Source: the human T2T-CHM13v2.0 reference genome, Homo sapiens. From it: DNA of 64,000 nt. The stretch lies in NCBI RefSeq assembly GCF_009914755.1, contig NC_060942.1. One strand, 5' to 3'. Every line of letters begins with the position of its first letter. The stretch's first letter is position 1. The notes under the pieces were generated by a model. That model was not told where the DNA came from and did not search any database. It saw only the letters and a list, made by a program, of their open reading frames with translations. Made by a program: the position numbers and the translations under genes. Below, one piece after another: positions 56,521 through 64,000 of the stretch.

Positions 56521-57720
56521 TTCTAGTTCTAAGCTCAAGGTAGATACATCTTAAATTTTGGTTGAATGATAGATAGATGGACATTTGAATTATGTGTAAT
56601 GTTCATTTAATAAGTTTTTTTTTTTTAAGTTAAAAGTTGTTTAGTTCTTGTGGGCCAAGCACTGTGTTAAGGCTTTTATATACATTTAATTTATCCTTAC
56701 AAAAACCCTAAGAGATAATAAATATTTTACTCATTTTACAGATGACCAGTTTAAGCCTCCCTCAAATTAATTTGTAACAGTGATAGTGGAGAAAGATACA
56801 AATTTCATACTTCCTCTGGTTTTCTCTAAAGCCCCCACTTGTAATACTCATATCTACCTCGATTTAGTCCTCAATAATAGCTATCTCATCATTCAAATAA
56901 ACCGTCAAAGGATTAAGAATATCACATTTAGAATGTTCAAATTAATATGCCAATTTCTTAGAGGTTCTCATAGGTTATAATCTATCAAATTAGTACTAAA
57001 TTATGATATATTAAAGGAAGATAGAATGGTGAGACAGTGTATTTACGTGCAATTGATTACTCAGCAATTTTATGAAGCTCTTCTAAAGATCTTTCTCTAC
57101 AGAATGCTTAAGTTGCTGTGCTTTTTTGTACTTTTAATAAAACTGTTGCAGTTAATAAAACTGTTGAACACGTTTTAATACACAACAAATTGAAGAGTAG
57201 CTATTTGGATTCTGAAAATTGCCAGAAGTATTTGTAATAATATGAATTATATTCAAACATTTACAGCAAGAAGACATGCAGATTAAATTGTTTCCCTACC
57301 CATTAGAGATTACACTAATATGTATTAAGTTGGAGTAATAAAAGAAGAACAAAATTAATGATTTGAGTTTACTTATAACCTATAAATAATAGGTACAATT
57401 TATGTACTGAGACTTCCTTAATCTAAACATGTTTTATGATGTCATGCAAATATTTGAGCATGTTTTATGAGCTTAAAGTTAATATAAAACAAAGTAAAGA
57501 GAGTTTATATTTTTAAGAGATATAATAAAAAAATTGTGTAACATTTTGATACCTAAGACAATTAAACCTATTGATCTAGAAGGTCAGGAAACTTACAAGA
57601 ATAATATTGGATACTGGAAAGTGTAAAATAAATGTAAGAATGTTATTTACTAACTTGGAACATACACTTTGATATTATAACAAAATTATGATTATGTTGG
57701 GTTTTCAATATATTCACAGA

Positions 57721-58020
57721 GGCTGGCTGTGGTGGCTCACACCTGTAATCTCAACACTTTGGGAGGCCAAGGTGGGAGGATTGCTTAAAGCCAGGTGTTT
57801 GAGACCATCCTAGGCAACAAAGCAAGACCCCATCTCTACAAAAAAAAATTTTTTTTGATTGGTTCGGCACAGTGGCGGGTGCTTGTAGTTCCAGCTACTT
57901 GGGAGGCTGAGGTGGGAGGCTCACTTCAGCCCAGGAGTTTGAGGCTACAGTGAGCCATCTATGATTGTGCCACTGTACTCCAGCCTGCATGACACAGCAA
58001 AACCGATCTTAAAAAAAAAA
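57721..58020 (+). mobile_element. AluJ-like element about 80 nt upstream of exon 6
   Basis: Diverged Alu dimer. Confidence 0.9.
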
Positions 58021-58102
58021 AGATATTAGCAATAATATGAATTTCAAAAATGTAAGATAAAATTTCCTCGAAGATTTTTTATGTTTTTTTTTTATCTTTT
58101 AG

Positions 58103-58306
58103 GATTTTGAATTATGGGATGATGTAGGATTAAACATTCCAAAACCTCCAGACTTATTGCAACTCTACCGGGATTTTGGAAATCATCAAGTAACTGGAAA
58201 AGATCTTGTAGATGTGGCCAGTGGAGTAGAAGAAGATGAATTAGAGGCCCTTACACCAATTATAAGCAACCTTCCTCCAACTCTTGAAACTCCCCAGCCT
58301 GCAGAG
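58103..58306 (+). CDS. RELCH: RELCH exon 6 (204 nt)
   Basis: Poly-T + TAG acceptor; open frame DFELWDDVGLNIPKPPDLLQLYRDF...ETPQPAE; donor GAG|GTGAGA. Confidence 0.95.
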
Positions 58307-58411
58307 GTGAGAGATAGCAACTAATTAGTCAAGTCCACAGAAAGCATTTAAACTATGTAAAAGCGTACAGTGAGATCTTGAGTTTCTGTTTTTCTCCTGT
58401 TTTGATTTTAG

Positions 58412-58503
58412 AACTCCATGTTAGTACAGAAATTAGAAGATAAAATTAGTTTGTTAAATAGTGAGAAATGGTCATTGATGGAGCAAATCAGAAGACTTAA
58501 AAG
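58412..58503 (+). CDS. RELCH: RELCH exon 7 (92 nt; coiled coil)
   Basis: TTTTAG acceptor; encodes NSMLVQKLEDKISLLNSEKWSLMEQIRRLK; donor AAG|GTTAGT in phase 2. Confidence 0.94.
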
Positions 58504-59118
58504 GTTAGTACTTGATCATTATTCCTAAAAATCCTCTTAAGGTGTTTAAAAGTATTGGCAAGTTATGCAAATATATGAAACAATATTCCAGTTGCAAGGC
58601 ATAATTGCTTCACATTTTAATACTTCTGAAAGAAAGTTTTGTAATTGTTTAATGTATTTAAAATAGTAATAGGTTTTTTTTCCCAAAACAAGTTACTAAA
58701 TCAATATGGTGATCTTACAATCAATTATGTCTTGGAACTAAGAAATAAGATATTTTGATTTCTCCCTCATATTAGTGTTGTACATATTTCCTGTTCATTA
58801 TTCCATTTAGTTCTTGTAATAATCCTGTGGGTTTGAGGAAGTTATCCCACTTTGCAAATGAATAAAAGAAATTTAAGTGCCAATCAAAAGCAGGGTTTTT
58901 AAGGCCATTTTTATGCTTCATTCTTGAGTTTATAGCTACATTTTTAGGTATATGAAGCATCAGTGAATATTGCATAAAAAAGATTTATTACTTGCCAATC
59001 ATTTGCTACTAATACTTTTAAATATGCTTTTAAAACATTAAACCCATTATGAGATTTATGCTAGTTTTCAAAAATACAGTTGTCCTCTGGTGATTTCTCT
59101 TAATTTCTCTTTCTACAG

Positions 59119-59412
59119 TGAAATGGACTTCCTCAAAAATGAACACTTTGCCATCCCAGCAGTTTGTGACTCTGTTCAGCCTCCTTTGGATCAGTTGCCC
59201 CACAAAGACTCTGAGGACAGTGGACAGCATCCAGATGTAAATAGTTCAGACAAGGGAAAAAACACAGACATCCATCTTTCAATATCAGATGAAGCTGATT
59301 CCACTATTCCTAAAGAGAATTCCCCAAATTCATTCCCCAGGAGAGAAAGAGAAGGAATGCCACCTTCTTCTCTATCAAGTAAAAAGACAGTTCATTTTGA
59401 TAAACCTAATAG
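59119..59412 (+). CDS. RELCH: RELCH exon 8 (294 nt, phase 2-2; likely disordered linker)
   Basis: TTTCTACAG acceptor; lies in ORF 59090..59458 (SEMDFLKNEHF...KKTVHFDKPNR); donor TAG|GTTAGT. Confidence 0.95.
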
Positions 59413-60297
59413 GTTAGTATGCATCCTATATTTTGAAATGCATCTTTCAGCTATTTAGTACATGTCAAACGGGAAGAGCTACTGTTTTTATTTAAACCGC
59501 TTTTTTGCAGATCAAATATATTAATTTTTATATTTGACATGAACTTAACACATAGCAAAGTAGTTGTCACAAAAAAGTCACAAAATTATTAGTTACTAAA
59601 TTAAATTAAATCAAAAAGGAATTACCCATCAATGAGCTAGGTTCTATCTTAGCTAAGTATTTAAACCCATAACTAATATGTTATTACTATGTGCTGTAAA
59701 CACTTACCCAGTGCTTTTTTCTCTATCCTTTAGTCGTTATCAGACTCAGAGGAATATTTTGATGCTGCGTAGTTGCCTATGTTAAAGAAGGAATAATTTT
59801 TGCTCCTACTTTTTTTTTCCTGTGTCTGCTTCCATTACAAATATTACATCATTAGTATTCTGTTAATTCATATGTTTAATTTATATTGGGTGTCAGAACT
59901 CGCAGATGACAAAAACCATGGTCCCTGCACTTTGTGATTATGTTTCCTAGTGGAGGGGACAAAAATATAATTTTAAAACTTTTAGATTATGATTAAAAAA
60001 TACTTTTAAGAAAGGAATATTACTGAGCTCTTTTTATATGTCAGACAGAATCCTCAATGCTTTATGTATACTAACTCATTTAATTCTTACAAATATCCTA
60101 TGGTGCATTTTCAGCCACAAGGTCATACTTCGTTTCCTATTAAATAGAGAGATGTTATGCCTACTATGAGCATATAATAGAAAAGCACAACTAATTTGCT
60201 TCAGACTTATAGGTTCCCATTATTACTAAGAAGTATTGGATTTTTATTTAAATAAAGCTTTCCACTCATGAACCACAGCTTCTTCTGTGTATAGTAG

Positions 60298-60300
<3 letters not shown>

Positions 60301-60344
<44 letters not shown>

Positions 60345-60362
60345 TGTCTGTCTGTCTGTCTG
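60301..60362 (+). repeat. (TG)21(TCTG)5 compound microsatellite
   Basis: Directly visible. Confidence 0.97.
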
Positions 60363-60369
60363 TGTTGGT

Positions 60370-61200
60370 CACAGAACTGAAACAGACATGGCCCAAACCT
60401 CAAACCTTATAGTATGAGAGAGACAGACAAGCAATAACACTAAGGTATGAAAAGTAGTATAATAAAATAAGTCCAACTTGCTTTGGGAACATGTAATCAA
60501 GGCACTAACCTAGTCTTCAGAGCAGGAAAGTTTCATAGAAGTGTCATCCAAGACTTGAAGACTATGTAAGAGTTAACAAGCAAAGAGGTAAAAGAAAGAG
60601 TGTTCCCACATGCACAAATGAAACAGTGCTTTAGGGGAACAAAGAAGGGTTTAGTGAGGCTTAAGCAAATAATGCTAGTGAAAGGAAGGATAGAAGACAA
60701 AGTTGGAGAAGTAAGCAAAGTCTAAGAAGTCATGTAAGCTTGCGTTAATTCATTTTAGAGGTTGGGACATGATGGTATCTAAGCTTTAGAAAGGGTCCTC
60801 TGAGCTAGAGGTAATTGGAAGGTAGCAAGACTGGGAGCAAGGAAACTATACGGGTATATGTTGGAAGAACCCAAGTAAGAAATGATGGAGGCCTGTTCTA
60901 TATTCAGACATTGGTAATGGGAAGGGAAAGAAGTATATGGATCTGCAAGATTATTAGAAGTTAAAAGATTGAATGGATTTGGGGTGAAGATAAAGGGAAG
61001 GAAGCCAGGGACGATGGGATGTGCCTCTAATCCCAGCTACTCAGGAGGCTGAGATGGAAGGATCGCTTGAGCCCAGGAGTTCTAGACCAGCATGGGCAAT
61101 ACAGCAAGACCCCATCTCAAAAAAAAGGATCAAGCCTGATTTGAGGTTTCTGACTTGGGCAAGTGGAAGGATTATGGTCCCCCTCTGAGGGAATATGAGA
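60370..61200 (-). mobile_element. L2 remnant containing an Alu monomer (about 61005-61125, +)
   Basis: Purine-rich antisense L2 text (AGGTTTCTGACTTGGGCAA) and FLAM consensus. Confidence 0.6.
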
Positions 61201-62015
61201 GGAGCATAAAACAGCAAAAGGCTCAAGCTTTGATACAGTACTCTATAATCATAGAAATTACTGAGCTCCATTTTGTGGTGTATACTAAATAAGCTTTATT
61301 ATCTAATTTTTGGTGTTAGCCTTTTCTTTGCAGATTTAAGACATAAAGTACAACTCATAGTCATAATTTTATGAATAATACTACATAGAGACTGGTGTTG
61401 TTTTAGAAATATAAATGTTTTAACCTCCTTTATTAAACATAAATAGGCTAATATTTTCAACTGCAAACAGAAACTTTCTTTAAAATGTATCATGAATATT
61501 GAATGAGCTGTGCCTCCGTTTATCTTTAGACTTATTGTTTGTGGTTTTCTAATATTCAGATTTATCATTAGCATTATATATATCTGCAAAGCTTTAATTC
61601 CTCTCAGCAATATACCAGGTCAACCTTTATCCACTTTACCTTTGTGTTTACCTTTCTGGGACCATAGAGAATTGGGGTTGGAGAAAGTCCTCATTTCAGA
61701 TTTTCAAATCATTTCTATAGGCATTGATCTACTATACCACTTTAGGTTTGATCCACTAACTGTAAATGCCATTTTTTCACATAACATCAAACTACTGCAA
61801 GAACACCAGTTACTGTTGATTTTTTTTCTCCTAAGTGACCTGTATAAGTTTCTCCAGTGAAGTGTTCTTCAAGTCACTGGTGGCTCAGAAATCTGGTTAG
61901 CTTTGTGGGGTAGGATTAATGCTGGAATGGAAGTTATAATACATAACTTAAATTTCTCCTTAAATGTCAATGGTAATTATTTGATATTGTCTCTTTTTCA
62001 TACATTTTCTTCTAG

Positions 62016-62091
62016 GAAATTGTCTCCTGCATTCCATCAAGCACTACTCTCTTTTTGTCGAATGTCAGCAGATAGTCGTTTAGGATACGAG
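62016..62091 (+). CDS. RELCH: RELCH exon 9 (76 nt)
   Basis: TTTTCTTCTAG acceptor; encodes (R)KLSPAFHQALLSFCRMSADSRLGYE; donor GAG|GTAAAT. Confidence 0.94.
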
Positions 62092-62973
62092 GTAAATTAT
62101 ACCACCTATTTCCACAACTTTTTAAAAACATTCTACTGTTTTTCTTCTTTTTAAGTTTCTCTTCTACAGAAGCATCTGTGATAAGACTGTATTTCAAATG
62201 CAAATCCATTATGTAAAATAATGCTCTAAGATATAGTTCCTAAAATTTTAAACTTTTAAGGAAAGTAGTTGATTATTTCTGTTTTTTCTATTAACATTTT
62301 ATTAACGTTAAAGTGACATTTTATAAACTCTATTTTTAATAGTATGTTTAATGACAGCATCTCTTAGATATAATTCAGAAAACCAACTTAAGTGTACACT
62401 GTTTATATATTAATTGTTTATTTAAATTACTCTATTATTTTCATTTCATTAGGAGTGGTTATGTCCAATAGTTGAGTTTATTAGCTTGCATATTAGATTT
62501 TCTCAACTATTTTGTATTTATTTTTGCAGATTAGTCTTGAGGGGGTATTTTATTATTACTGTTTTTTCTTACCTGTGTACTCACTCCTCCTTTTCTTGCT
62601 GTTCTGTGTTTCATTTCACTTGACTTGCCATGGGCTTCTGTTCCACAATGTCATTGAGAATATCACAGAGCTAGATAGAGGATGGTTTGGATGCACTCTG
62701 GCAATCCTCATTATAAGACTGGATCACCTTCCTTAGCCTACCCCTTGTATTTCCAAGTTCTTTGTACAGATTATCACTGTAGCTAATGGTAGTAGCTTTG
62801 TGAGCATCTCTTCAAAGACAAAAACAAACATTGAGGCTGCCCTACTCCTGTGCTATTACCCCTACTTGTTCCCAGAAATGAAGCCTATTAGGCCTCCTTG
62901 GCTTCACCCTTGATTTTAATGGTATTTTAAATCTGTTTCTAGCCCAAAGAAATATGGATGTTGATTGGAGCAC

Positions 62974-63025
62974 TGTTGCTGTTGTTGCTGCTGCTGCTGC
63001 TGTTGTTGTTGTTGTTGTTGTTGTT
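62974..63025 (+). repeat. Compound (GCT)/(GTT) trinucleotide repeat
   Basis: Directly visible; produces the spurious poly-Cys and poly-Thr/Ala ORFs. Confidence 0.95.
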
Positions 63026-63153
63026 ATCATAAGTTAAAATATTGGAATGTGTGTTTAGGGCAGAGGTATCAGGGCCTAAAGAATGAACTTTTCCATATTA
63101 TTATGCACAGAAGTTCTCCACTATCATTGTTTATTAATTCTTTGGTTTTCTAG

Positions 63154-63249
63154 GTGTCTCGTATTGCAGACAGTGAAAAAAGCGTTATGTTAATGCTGGG
63201 ACGCTGCCTGCCACACATTGTTCCCAATGTGCTATTGGCAAAGAGAGAG
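63154..63249 (+). CDS. RELCH: RELCH exon 10 (96 nt); gene continues beyond the window
   Basis: TTTTCTAG acceptor; encodes VSRIADSEKSVMLMLGRCLPHIVPNVLLAKRE; donor GAG|GTAAGA. Cumulative CDS is 1620 nt with no stop. Confidence 0.94.
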
Positions 63250-64000
63250 GTAAGACACATGAAAGTATTTTCGTCCCAGTAATCCCATCATGTTGTCCAT
63301 TTTTTGTCATTTTGAAGTTGAGTGTTATATTTTTATTTTGTTAAAGTCTATTACTTGCAATCATATTCTTACTTTTGTGCATGCATCTCTGCTCCTAGAG
63401 AATGGTTTTACACCTCTGTCAGGTGAGTTCAGTAAAACTGCATGGTATTCATGTTTTTCCAATTTTGCTTAAAGCATTGTTAGCTTCTGCAGCACTAACT
63501 ATTACTGTAGGTCCATTTATGTGCCATGAACACTGTCTGGTTTTTACATTACCAGTTAACTAATTATCTGTGCTCTTGGTATGATATGCTTCATATGTCA
63601 ACAGAAATGGACACTCTTTGTATTGAAAATTAACAGGGATGAATAATATAAAACTAGTCAGGAGGAATAATATAACACTAGTCATAAATGTACTTGTAGT
63701 TGCCGATTATAAATGTGTTATTATGCTTGTTTGGCAATAAATCACATTTCTCTTATAATAGGATAGTTGTAATATTGACTACAACAACTTTTTAAAGTAC
63801 CTTTTTTATTTTTCTTGCAGTTAACCGGTTATTGACAGATGCTTTAAGTATCCAAAATACATTTGCAAATATATTTGACTCCACATAGCCTATGTTATGA
63901 TCCATAAACACTATAGGAAGTTATCTTTATTGTTGTTATTTATAAATTATTATTAAATATAGTTATATTTAGTCAAAAGATTAATGGGAAGTTATTTATA

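Noticed and set aside
56508-56528. 10-bp-arm hairpin AACTAGAAAT-T-ATTTCTAGTT at the end of the L1 remnant
   Set aside because: Short and AT-rich; plausible by chance or as a deletion scar, with no functional context.
62842-63153. Poly-Cys and poly-Thr/Ala ORFs
   Set aside because: Translation artefacts of the GCT/GTT microsatellite.

Overview
This is primate (very likely human) genomic DNA, dense in Alu, L1, L2 and MIR repeats, with one CpG-island bidirectional promoter at about 17.3-18.95 kb. On the + strand I reconstructed 10 GT-AG coding exons (18316-63249). They join in frame into 1620 nt / 540 codons that I recognise as the N-terminal part of RELCH (KIAA1468; Rab11-binding LisH, coiled-coil and HEAT-repeat protein), and the gene continues past the window. 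On the - strand a non-coding first exon ends in a clean donor at 17655, consistent with PIGN, the known head-to-head neighbour. Positions 1-17654 are then its intron 1, and no PIGN coding exon is visible. Nearly all other listed ORFs are repeat-derived or chance. I see no prokaryote-type system and cannot support a claim of a new multi-gene system. The best leads are smaller hypotheses: twin CGCG/BANP-type palindromes, one near each divergent start; a second LisH-like segment plus NPF-acidic and RVxF motifs in RELCH; a candidate short terminal exon in intron 5; two UG-repeat-linked cryptic poison exons; a candidate PIGN 5'UTR exon; an AT-rich palindrome; and an octamer-motif cluster. Repeat subfamilies and boundaries were called by eye and are approximate.
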